Positions 48,388-60,608 of a stretch of 64,000 nucleotides of DNA are shown here, one piece after another. Positions within the stretch are counted from its first letter, which is position 1. Each line of letters begins with the position of its first letter. The position numbers were made by a program, and so were the translations under genes. The notes beneath the pieces were generated by a model, which ran no database searches, was not told where the DNA came from, and saw only the letters and a program-made list of their open reading frames with translations. The DNA comes from Antedon mediterranea (Eukaryota > Animalia > Echinodermata): NCBI RefSeq assembly GCF_964355755.1, contig NC_092673.1, positions 12,806,948 to 12,870,947 on the forward strand, written 5' to 3'.

Positions 48388-51300
48388 AAGGGTCTTTCAC
48401 ACCTGTTCCGGCACAGTTCCGGTCCAGCGAATCGAACATCAATGTTTTCATGCGGCTATGCCTAATCAAAATGCGCCTAGCCTAGGCCTGTAACGCGAAA
48501 TTTGGTCCGGGGCCAAAACTGGTCCGGTCGGATCGATTTTGGCGTTGAAACAGCCGCTAAAACAGGTCCGGCTAGGCCAAAACCGGCCTTCAAAATCGCT
48601 TATTTATCCTTAAAAATGTCATAAGAAGCGCCTAGAAAAAGTCCAAATGGTTGAAGTAAACTATGCTTTGAGTAAATATACTAAATATTACCGTAAAATC
48701 AAAAAGAAATTATCGAAACGGAGAGATTAAAAATGTGCAAGAATAAATCGGCGCTCGGTTTGGAATCTTCAAATATTCCATTGTAAAATTCGTAGGATAA
48801 AGTAATATCCCCCTCTGATTTTTTCTTTTTTTTTGAGGAGGGGGGTGGGGGGGTGTTAGCATAGTAAAAAAGAACTTTTCATTCATTGTATTCATATATT
48901 TTGATTAAATAAGGTTTGATTATATATTCTCACATATTTCCTCATTTTATCGTTTCAAATTAATACATTTTCAGTATATTACCGGGCGGTTTAGAATTTG
49001 TTTTTAATAATATTGTATAACTTTAACTTGCACTGAAGGGTTTAAAAAAGAGGGTTCAACATCAACGTTTTGTGATCGTATTTTAACGTACTGCATCTGT
49101 TTTAAAATGAAATGTCAGTAAAATATATAAAATGATCACCTATTTATTCTTCAAAGTGAGGAATTATATTTTAGTTATTCTTTGTCTGCATACATATTAC
49201 AAAATGTTGATTTCATAAATGCTCATGGTTTCAGCCGATACGATAGTAAATTAATTTGACACGAATTTAGAATAGCATGATATAAAACACTTTTGTTGTT
49301 TTTTTAAATTGATGAGAACTACTTGGCCTGCCTTTCCGCCAAAACAAAAAAGAACTTAAAATGTTTTCACTTATATTTATAAAAGAAAAAACAAACGGTT
49401 ATATTAAACCACAACTCCATTGGCTGTTGGTACAGTTTTTGGTCAAAGCTCCTTATATCTTGGCTCTGTGTGCATGTGAGACGCATCATACCCAAAACTT
49501 ATATTATTTTTTATTTGACAAAACAGATTTGTGTATTTATAGCACGTCCTTTTAATGAGGGAAGGTATGAAAGTTGTTTTCTCTAAAATGTTCGCACAAG
49601 TTGAAGATATTTGGCTCAATTTCACAATGTTGTACATCTTACCGATTGTCGGTAAATTCGCTTACAAAAATGACAGCATGTAAATCCAAAGCTCGCAGTG
49701 TAGCTTCATCTGCGTAATTGTCCACAAGAGCAGCATTTAAGGTTTCTTCAGTGATGTATAGTCCCAATATTTGCGGGCGAGATACTTGCGTATTGGATGG
49801 TATGGTCTGAGGATGTACTTTCGTTCCGATGTGTCAAGTAACCCCTCCTCTTGTTTTTCAACGTCCAAAACTGGCTCAACATGAGCACAAACAGTTGAAA
49901 GATACACATTTCTTTCCGAAATTTCAGCATCACTATTTGTTAATGGGCAATACTCCCAGCCATTGAAAATGTGGTTGATTCTTTCTTGTGCCATATTTGT
50001 AGACAATAGTTTTCGTCATTGTTGCACATGCTTAAATTTCCAACTCGGAGCCCCATGTTCCATCCTTAGACATAGCTGTATCACTTGTGTATTTTTCGAA
50101 TGATTTGCTGTCGCAGTTTTCAAAGATACGTCTGTTTTGGACATAAACTCTAAAATATGGTCCCTCATCACAATCATGGTGACTTTAGACACCAACAAGA
50201 ACGTAACTAAGCGCTCTAAAGCTGAGGCAGGTCCCGTCTCCGCGCATCCTGGCTGTTTTCGTGGGTTTTGCTGCCTTGTTCATTTCTCTTTGAAAAAGAG
50301 CATCTACTGGGTTTGGTGAACTAGCCTCACCACAGAATATCACATCATCTAATTGTTGATCAAGATGCTTGTCCTGTCTAACGTTTTGAGAGGGTCCTTC
50401 TTCCTTGTATTTCTCAGCATTGTGGTGTTCCATTGATTCATTTGCAGCTTTTTCGGACAGATTATTTGACAATTTAAAAGGCAGGTTGCTTCCATTGACG
50501 ATTAGTGGCGAACGGATGGTGAAGTACTGCCGGACGTTTGAGTGTTGGGGCAATCATCTTTTGATGAAGAGGTTGGTGAAAAGATATATGGCTTCAGAGG
50601 TATCCCGTTAACACGTTTGATAACACTGTCGTCATCTAGCCCTATCAGAGAATATGATCCCTTTCCCATTTATTTTCCAGTTTTCCTCCCTTCCTTTTTT
50701 TCCTTCGCAGATCTTTCATCAATACGTACATATGTTCCGCATTTGAATTCAGTTGGTTGTGCATGCCTTCTGTCATAATTGATTTTCTGTCTTTTCTGGG
50801 CCGTTTCGATGTTTTTTTGCGCAGTATTTTTTGAAACACGCAAATGGCCTAAATCATGTTCTAAAATTGATCAAAACGTAATTTTAAGCATTTTAAAATG
50901 TTAATGCGTGATTTCGCACGCAAGGCCCTGGTTAAGCGTACCATTTTTAATATGTTTACCTTAGTTGATGTATAGTGAATTTTATTGTTTTAAATTACAG
51001 AGTATTTACTGTATAAAAATATAAAACATAATACAGGTAACATATTATTACATTGTAACAATCAAATACAGTAGGCCTATTTAGGACTCATACATTTTGA
51101 ATTAAATATATGAATTGTGTTTTGCAAGATTGAAATAAACCTATAGGCTAGTCAAATAATTCATTGTATTGTAGCCTACGTTCAGCTCTATGTTATAACA
51201 TTTTGAGTTGAGCGACAATGGGTGTATAGACTTAGTCGCTCGCATCCATCCCATCCACGTTAGATGTGCCACAGCTTTTTCAGCTGCGGTCCTGGGTTGC

Positions 51301-52347
51301 GGTGTAAAGATTTTTTTTTTAATTACAAATATTACCAGTAGGCCTAAATAATGATATTAGAGCGTAATAATTGGATTCTAAAAAGTTCATATTTTGGATA
51401 ATTTTGAGAAAATGGAAAATTAACCCTCTTATTTTTACACCAACCAGTGATATTATTAGAGCGTTTCCGTAATAAGTAATTGAATTCTTAAAAGTCCATA
51501 ATTTGGGGTGATAAAAAAAATCTCTGTACTAAATAATTGTTTTACCTTCTTTTTTTTCGCTAAGAAGACTATTACGAAACTCGTGTTCGTCGTACAGCTA
51601 AATTCGTGAATGTGGGAACCGGTCATTCCACTGTGGTGTCGTTTGTCAATTTTTTATTTTTATTAATGTTAGTATTGCTACCCATATCGATTGTTATTAT
51701 CGTCGTTGTTTTATACTATTAATAGAGAGGCCCTTGGTGGCCACTTGCACCCCAAAATGTGGACTGGAAAAAAAATAAGGCGGGTGTAATTTCTTACAAA
51801 GGCACAAAAAAAAGATACTGATAGCAGTAATGACAACAACCTAAAATAATAATACTAATAATAATTAACGTTCTATATTTTATTATTAATCATTATTGAA
51901 TACGCCCAAGACGTATTCAGTTTGTACATAATATCTAAGATCTAAGACATAATATAAAATTACTAGAGGGCGCTATTAGTTTTAAACAAACTGAACAATA
52001 GAATATCCCAAAATCCGATTAGAGTTTCTTTAATTAGTGTTTCGATAATTTCTTTTCGTTTGTACGGTAATATTTAGTATATTTACTTTAAGCATAGTTT
52101 ACTTTAACCATTTGAACTGTTTGCAGGCTTCTTAACACATTTTAAAGAATAAATAAGCGATTTTAAAGGCCGGACCAGTTTTGGCCTAGCCGGACCTGTT
52201 TTAGCGGCTGTTCAACGCCAAAATTGATCCGACCGGACCAGTTTTGGCGACCAAAATCGATCCGGCCGGATCAATTTTGGCGTGACAGGCCTAGCAATAT
52301 TCGATTGGATTTTCCAGCACCGGACCGGAACCGTGCCGGAACAGGTG
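48388..52347. mobile_element. Palindromic MITE split by the Ginger insertion
   Basis: Left arm AAGGGTCTTTCACACCTGTTCCGGCAC at 48388; right arm ...GTGCCGGAACAGGTG resumes at 52300-52347. Confidence 0.75.
48489..52287 (-). mobile_element. Ginger1-like element, internally deleted (integrase C-terminus plus OTU domain)
   Basis: TGT...ACA termini, ~235-bp imperfect TIRs and a GGCC 4-bp TSD. The minus strand reads NIETAQKRQKINYDRRH..F..G..VLMKDLRRKKRKGGKLENKW (GPY/F region), then RMRGDGTC.FRALSY...GTWGSELEI...HVEPV (OTU), all frameshifted. Confidence 0.82.
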
Positions 52348-52349
52348 TA

Positions 52350-52532
52350 AAGGGTCTTTCACACCTGTTCCGGCATTGTTCCGGTCCGGCGAATCAAACA
52401 TCAATGTTTCGTTTTCACGCGGCTATGCGCCAATCGATATGTGCGTAGCCGCGTGAAAACGAAACATTGGCGTTTGATTGGATTTTCCGGCGCCTGACCG
52501 GAACCGTGCCGGAACAGGTGTGAAAGACCCTT
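52350..52532. mobile_element. Intact palindromic MITE, same family as 48388
   Basis: TA|AAGGGTCTTTCACACCTGTTCCGGCA ... TGCCGGAACAGGTGTGAAAGACCCTT|TA. Confidence 0.88.
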
Positions 52533-53537
52533 TAAAGATAGGAATATTCATTACCGACAGAGGGCGCTGTGTATAAAGGGAACACAAATTGTATATATGA
52601 TTTATGTGTCGGATATTTCGGATATGACGTCGTGAATACTTGCCAAACAATATCAAATACCTTTTTACCGTGAAAAAAAATATTTGGCGTATTTTACGAC
52701 GGTAACAAGATTTTAACTAGATTTTACGTACGGAAAACATTGAAGATTAAGTTTTTGGATAGCAGATCGGTTTTCCTTGGATTTTGAAATATAAAGGTAA
52801 GTTTGTTAGATTATTATATTCCTTAGCGTAAAAAAGTGAGAGTTTGCGAAAAGTGACTTTATTTACAATTGTCTAGGCTAGGCCATTATAGAGGGCGCAC
52901 TACATTTCGCCTAGGCTGATTAGTGGATTTTCCAAGGGAAGAAAATAGACAGAGAGGGGTTGCTTGGCCTAGACTATAAGAAAATAATTGATTGTCTTAT
53001 TTTTGTACAGTTTTAAGTTTATTTATTTTCGTTTGTATGTTTATTTTAGTTTTCATGTTTTTTTATGTTTATTTTAGTTTTCATGTTTTTTATGTTATTT
53101 ATTTACATTAATTACATTATTAACTGTAAAATATGTATGTAATTTTTTTTTTTTTTTTTGTATTACAGTAAAACTACTATTACTTTACTGAATATGTATG
53201 TGCCTATTTCTATTTATTTTATTTTGTTGATTATTGTAATTAATATGTAATTGTCTTATATAAATGACGACAAACGTGGTGATGATGGTGAAGGCATTGG
53301 AATAGCATATTTTACTACTATAAATATTATATAAGTACCTGTAAATATATTTTACTTTTTAATAAATCATCTGTCTTTAGGCTACTCTACTTTAAAATAA
53401 TTAGGTTATAGTGGATATTTAATTTATATATTGTGAACAAAAAAAGGCATGTTTAACAGACCCACAAGGAGATGTACTATACTCCAAACATACTGTACTT
53501 AAAAAACATATTCCTACCATAGATTCAAGGGAGCAAA

Positions 53538-56500
53538 ATGGAGGATTCTGATTTCATTGGTCCATATTCAGCAGATCTAGGGATAACAGTATCAAAATTA
53601 AAAGAAGATAATTTTACACTTGATGGTGCAAAATTAACTAATGGTGCTGTATTAGAAATGCGGGACATGGTAATCAAATTAAAAAAACCTATGTCAGTTC
53701 TTTCCTGTTGGATAATTCATATTTTAAATCAGAATGTCTCACAAATAAATCCTAAGTCTATAATTTCGAAAGTTGATACTCTTAAGCTAACTAGGCAAGG
53801 TTTAAAGAAGAGCAAAGCTGCCAGTGTCCAACAAAGGCTAGCGACTTTCTTATCTCAAGATTTTGTGATTCCTGCTCTTAAGAATCCAGTGAAGAAGGCT
53901 GTAAAAAGACGGATGGTTGATGCACCTATCATATCCTGCAAAGACTGTGAAACCAAAGAATCTGTAAACAAACAACTAGTAGAGGAGATAAAGGAGCTTA
54001 AGAAGAACATTGGTAAGTTAGAGAAGACGCCAAAAATATTGGTTGTAAAGAGAAGTGGAGTCAAAAGGTTAAACCAAACAATCAGAAGGAAAAACATCGT
54101 TATTAAGTCATTGAAAAGCAAGGTTAAGAAAATGAAAAAAGAAGTTGCTCAGAAGAAACCTGAAGAACAAGTCTTGAGAGTAAAGTCAAAGCTTTTAAAA
54201 ATCAAGAAACGGAACCGCAATCTGAATAAGAAATTGAAGAAGACCATCGAAAAGTTAGAGGTAAATCAAAAAAAAGGTAAAGATTTTACGGAAAGGCAAC
54301 ATGCAAAATTCATCAAACTGCAAGAAGAAAACCGTCTGTTAAATGAAGAAATTTCAGAGCTGAAATTAAATTGCAAAAGTGTAATTCAAACCAAAAAAGA
54401 TGGGAAAACCTTCAATTGGAATGTTCGAGAAGCTATTTATTTCTGCTTAGAACATGAGGTACCAACCACCAATATTTCTGCTGTTTTGCGGTATGCGGTG
54501 GAAAAGCTAGCAAATGCGGAGATAGAAGTTTTGCCAGACTCTGTCACTTGTTTGCGGATGTTGCGTGAAATGCGTGAATTATCCAGAATTCAAGTGAGGT
54601 TTTAGAAATGGCAACAGACACCACCATAAAATATGACGGAACCACGAAAAAGAGAAATCATTTTCTGGAAGTACAAATTGCTGATCAATCGACAACATAC
54701 ACCACAGGGATATCGTTATTGCCATCAGGTACAGCTAATGCCAATGTTGAAGGAATTCTACAAACAGTACAAGATATAGGAGCTGCACGACAAGCGACTC
54801 ATGGATCAAATTCATCACAATCAATCCTAGATTCAATTTCCAACTCTATGACAGACCGTTGCATTGTGAACAAAGTGGTCAATGCTAAGTTGAAGGAAGC
54901 AATGACAGAAGGCAACCGACAAATGAATGAATTCTTTTGTGCTATGCACCCATTAGACACGTTTGCAAAATCAAATGATAAGGTAATTTCTAAGTGGGAA
55001 AAGGATAGCTTGCCAACAGAATCCAATCAGATGTCATTCCGAAGACGAAGTTTAAGCGGGGCACAAAGTTTTATTGGTGCTGTATGTAGGTTGTGCTATA
55101 ATGACGGTTCTGGTCTACCATCTGAGATGTGTACCTTTCTGCGGAGTAAGAATATTCGTCTAACTAAGATTTTGTCTCCAGAGATCGGTAGCCGCTTCCA
55201 CATATTATATCGTAATGCTGGAGCTGTTCGCTTACTAACTCCATATATTCAAGAGTTCTTTACGAAGGTATGGCCACCAACCAATGATCTGCATCGAGCA
55301 GTGTTGTCTGACAGCAAGATTCAGCAATACAGTACAGGCTGTTGAGCACTTGGATTGATTGGCAAATACATTTCGGGTCCATGGATGTCCTTTGTTGAGA
55401 GAGACCAGCATATCCTTGAAATGAACATCCCTTTCATGCAGGCTGTAAATAAGCTGGAAGAGTGGAAGATTGATCCATCTCCTCTTGTAAATGGCACTGA
55501 ATCAAAATCAATATTTGAAACAGTGCCTTTACATAAGGATGCGGTATTTGCTTGCCTGACAACATCACATAAAGATGATGTTCAAGTAAAGGATTTGTTG
55601 GTCCTTCTCATTGATGTCATCATAGACGTATGTAAAAGGCAACTTGAAGACCAATTACCAGGCGGAAGTTTCTTCAGTCCATCGGAAGAACTAAAAGTTC
55701 AAGCAAAATCGTGTGTCAACAACAACATCAGTGGCGAAAGAATCTTTGGCCTCTTAGACCACTATATCAAAAGGGCTCCAAATGCTACTTTAAGCTATGC
55801 AGAGAGTAAGGTCACATACAAGACAAACATGACATCTGCATGGTTGAGCACTAAGTCAGAAGATGAGAAGGAGGGACTTCTTTCTACTGCTCGCATGCTG
55901 AGTATTCGTAGCAGGAAGATTGATGCCACACGACAACTGTCTGTGCTTAATGAAAAGAAGTTGCACCTACAGAAAAAGAAAGAAGAACTGGTTGAGAAAG
56001 ATGATCGTAGGCTACTTAGGGAAAATCTACTTTGTGATCTAATGAAATATGGAGGATTGTGGCAAGATCCAAGCAAAATGGACAACCAACTGAGTGAGCT
56101 GTCATCAAAGAAACAACAAGTACTTGCTCTGAAGAACCAACTTAACATCCGAAGAAAAATTGTTGAACAGAAGGCAGATCCATCACTTTTTTGTTTCTCT
56201 TCAAAAGGTAAGCCACATTCGCTGGAAGAACTAAAAGGAAATTTACACATATTAATGCAAGCTAACATTTCTGAGGAAGATGAAATTACAAAAATAATCA
56301 TTCAACCACAAGCATTGTTGGGAAGAAAAATAAACCATCTTTGGTCAGAATGTGATGAAGAAGAAACAGTTGATAGATGGTATGAAGGTACTGTTAGCAG
56401 TTTTGAAATGTCAACCAGAGAGTTCAAAGTCATATACCAAGACCCGATTAGCAAGAAGCAAATGGATGATGTCTATTTGGAATTAGATGAAATTGTGGCA

Positions 56501-56539
56501 GATATGAAGAGTGGCGACCTCTTAGTAGAATGGGATTAG
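53538..56539 (+). pseudogene. ~1000-codon CxxH-type DDE transposase (hAT/P/Kolobok-like fold, family unresolved) with an N-terminal Lys-rich coiled coil and a C-terminal Spindlin-like Tudor domain
   Basis: Three consecutive ORFs joined by one frameshift (about 54597) and one in-frame TGA (55343-55345). Motifs YDGTTK, SMTDR, FFCAMH, GSRFHIL and NNISGERIFG. Confidence 0.8.
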
Positions 56540-57278
56540 TCGTGAGTGACATATTTACTGTAACCACGACTTTCTTATGTTGAATTTTTTTTTATTTTAT
56601 GCTAACAGTAACTACAGACTAATTTATATAGTCACAAAAACTAAACTTTTTATACTGTAATGTATAATTGGCACAGTATAGTATGATATTGATTTGTTTT
56701 GATTTGACTTAACTGTACTTGGTTGTACTGTACAGTATATCCATATAATATAAATCCATGTTGTGTTGCTTTCAAATTTTGTTGTTTTTTTTGTTGTAAT
56801 TCTGTATTCTGTACTGTAACAACTTTAACTTGTACCTTAAACTATTGATTTTTTAGTATTTTTCCAAGTTTCTGTTAAAATTATGATAAGTACCAGTCAT
56901 ACATGTTATTTTTGTCAACTTGTTTCTGTTCAAATTTGATGAACATGTTGTTATTGTTTTGAGCAATACTATATAGTGCAAAATTAGCATGTTGTTTACA
57001 GTAGTTGCAATTTTAATATTATAAAGCAATCATGACAACTAATTAAACAAATTTAAAATTTTGTATTGTAGCCTACCATATTCAAAATGATTGTTTTTCA
57101 TTCTATTCTTTTTACGTTGTATATATAATATAATATTGCTAAAATTCTTTTTTTTTTCCTTTTTTTAAATAGGATGGATCTGGTCGTTTCTGAAGAACAC
57201 TGTTGACAATGTTGAAAAAAAAAAACTGGAAAAAAAAACCTGAAAAAAAAAACCTGAAAAAAAAAACTCAAACCAAAC

Positions 57279-57350
57279 GGCTCTTTTCAGAGCCACCCAA
57301 ACTCAAACCAAACGGCTCTTTTCAGAGCCACCCAGTGTTCATAAGAGATT
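57279..57350 (+). terminator. Two tandem histone-type 3' stem-loops plus HDE-like element
   Basis: CCAAAC-GGCTCT-TTTC-AGAGCC-ACCCA at 57279-57294 and 57314-57329 (35-bp duplication), with AAGAGATT at 57343-57350. Confidence 0.9.
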
Positions 57351-57666
57351 TTTTAGCCTGTAAAAAAAAATAATTTTATATAAAATTTATTATTTAAACT
57401 TCATTGTAGTGAGTTAATTTCCGAATTATCACATATATTGTTTTAGGCTGACATTAGAATTATAATCATACATAGATAGATACAATGTACCCCTTTGACC
57501 TCTAACTAAAATAGCTATATACCATAAGCAGAGTCCATGATACTATGTTGTTACTTTGGGAGTACGGAACCTGAACTTTTGTTATAGTGATTAGGTTCAC
57601 TTTTAGGTTCCTGCCTACTCCCTTAGTTTCTGTGTTTTGTTTGTTTGTAACTGGTTTTTGGCAATA

Positions 57667-57700
<34 letters not shown>

Positions 57701-59988
57701 TCTTAATATTATAAAGATAAATTGCCTATATATTTTCAAACAATTTTTTTACCGGTAATTACCTATTACCATTTAATACAAAATGACCTTTGACCTCATG
57801 TGACCTTTGACCTCATATATGATGACACTTGACCTCTGCGTTGCGCATTGTTGTACTTTATTATTTGATTTCATAAAGTGTATCAAGATTTTTTAAAAAA
57901 TACCAGATTTATTATAACTCCTTTTTTGTATGTTCCAATATAGCATATCTCTAATATAGAAATGCACAAGAGACACAATAAATATGTATTAATTAGGGAT
58001 TAGGCCAAGTTGAGCCGCCGACAAGTTGAGCCGCCGCCAGAAAAACGTTATTTTCTATGGAACGCCAAATGCTAACTTTCGCCGGTGCTCGTTCTATTTA
58101 TATTAGGGATAACGATGTACATTCAAAAGTTTATATATCATGGTTTTTAGTATATATATTATTAAATATTATAATTAAAGAAATAATTATGAAAATCTGG
58201 CTTGTAGATTCCAAAATATAAAAAAACATCACCGAACAAAGTGATCGTTTTTAGCCAAAAATGACGTAAACATGTTGCCCCTCAGTCGGCAGTTGTATGA
58301 ACTAGGCCTACTCCATTTTTCAGTTAAATAATTACATAAAATCACGTTTTTTAGTAAAATATTTTGTGTATTAACATTGTAAAATTCAATAAAATATGAT
58401 ATTAAAAGATTAGTATATAAAAAATAATATTTATTTAACCTCATTCGAAGAATGTTAATACCCTATTAATTAGTCCTGAGAGACAACGTGACTTTAGGTG
58501 GTAGGCCTACACGTGAGAACAATTATGAATGAGTGCACTGAATTTTTTCCTCGAAAGATTAAAAACAATTAAATATTACTACTTTCCTTTGCTGTGTTGT
58601 TAATTGTAATATGTAATTATATATTATTTATTTTCATGACACAATAAACCAAGACCATGAACTTATGTACTAGGACACCATCCTAATCACTACACGAAAT
58701 GTCGTAAAAGACGCATGCACTGGGCGTTTCATAGAAATCACCGGCGGCTATGGATCGGATTACACAATAAGATAACACTCAATTAATACGATATCTTTGG
58801 CGATAACAGTCCGATTTTCTTGATTTTTTTTTTAAATGCTTCTTTTACCCCCCCCCCCCCTCTACTTCAAATTATTAATGTTGGAGAGTACATATTAATT
58901 TGAAATTTTTTTGTCTTTACCTATTAAAGACCCTTTAGGTGACCTAGCCTTGCGTGATACAGACCACGCAAACCTAATTTGGCAATTTCACTTAATTTGG
59001 CGTTATAGGCCCTAGGCCTAGCCTAGCTTGGAGGGCCTGGCCTATCCTCCTCCTAGCTATAGGAGGGTAGGCTAGCCTATGTCTAGGCCCTAGGCCATCC
59101 TATTTCTAGCTAGGCCTAGCTAGTAGTATTAGTATTTTTAGGCCTAGCCTATATAAAATCACTTACCTTCTGATACTAGGCCTAGGCCTAGGCCTACAGT
59201 AGTCTTAGTAGTTCACTTCACAGTGCGCTTGACTTGCGTTATCCAATCCCATCAGACATGGGTCCATGGTGGATAAGAGGGGGTTTTTTTCACATCCATT
59301 CTTTTTTTCTTCGTCTCAATCTCATCATGGAGGTATAATTGTCTCATTCATCAACTTCTTCCTTGAGAGAGCGCTCAGCTCAGGCGGGGTGGGGGGGGGG
59401 GAGCATGCAGGATGCATGTAGAGAGACCACCAGAGGCAGCAGCACACACACGACACAGCACGCGCGAAAAGTCCGTCAAATAACTGTGTTCTGATTGATT
59501 GATTTAATTGGTTGAATTAATCAGTAGAGCAGCAGCAATTAATTTTAATTTTTATTTGGAAACACTGCGACATTTATTATACACGGAATAACCTAACTAT
59601 ATAATGTGTATTTGACATTTTTAGTATTTATTTATTTAGTTGACTTACTATATGCAAATGCTTGTAAATTACTACCTTACACGAAATCTGGATAGCCAGA
59701 AATTGTTCATAACTTTATTCGTCCACAATATTATAAAAACTAAATTTTATCCTTAAGAACATCAATATCAAGTCATAATCATATCATCAACAAGGTTATG
59801 GTTGTATGCATTCACTCTAAAGAAAAAGAAGATATAAAACATACAGGCCCGTAGCCAGGGGGGTTTTTTGGGGTTCGGGCGATTTTTATTTTTTTCCTGG
59901 AAATATTTTTCATTAAACCAAAGAATTTCACTGTGTAAATTTGAATAAAAATGGTGCTGAGTTAAATTGGTACGTGTACGTAGGCCTA

Positions 59989-60044
59989 CCGTATAATTTC
60001 GGTGTATAAGACGCACTTTTGACACGCAAATTTGACCTCTAAAT
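59989..60044. mobile_element. Left-end fragment of the pogo-type MITE seen at 3853
   Basis: TA|CCGTATAATTTCGGTGTATAAGACGCACTTTTGACACGCAAATTTGACCTCTAAA. Confidence 0.8.
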
Positions 60045-60608
60045 GTTACCCTAATTAATTTAATTACCTACTAATACTTAAATTAATTAAAAATAGTGTA
60101 CTACTCTGCAATGTAAGCCTAGCTAGTTACTCACTCCTGTCTAACCACAGCGGGTAACAAGTTTATTGAATTTTTAGTTAAGGTAAATTGTCATCCTCGA
60201 CTGTATTAATTAATATTACAGTACGCATTAGATATTCTACCCAGGACTAGTAATACACTCTGAACTCGCGGGTGTGTATTCTAGCAGCAGCATGCAGCAT
60301 CACAGCGCAACACATTTATGGAAGAGTCCATTAATTACGGTGGTGTCACATTTTAATTACACAATAACTATTTCCCTTGATCACGGTGGTTTATTTTTAT
60401 TACATCTCTATGTCAATAATCACATAATTTTATAATCATGTAGGCAATAGTTCGTATGTCAAGCGATATCTAAAAGAGTGTGTTGTTATTGTGTTAAGTA
60501 GCTTCCCCTAATCTCATAGTGTATATGGCCAACAGTGCTGGCCACCAGGCAAGGAGCACATGGTTAGTGCTCTCCTCTCCTCATATTGCTGTAATGCATG
60601 CATGGAAA

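Noticed and set aside
55795-56301. Antisense ORFs over the transposases (also 5290-5574, 26780-27004, 53855-54121)
   Set aside because: Shadow frames of the sense-strand coding sequence with no independent support.
57173-57350. Histone gene or pseudogene explaining the stem-loops
   Set aside because: No H1/H2A/H2B/H3/H4 coding sequence recognised upstream here, or at 16135 and 16868.
7956-58006. GGCCTAAT / ATTAGGCC as shared termini of the two DGTTK-family elements
   Set aside because: Only 8 bp match and TAGGCC is very frequent in this sequence.
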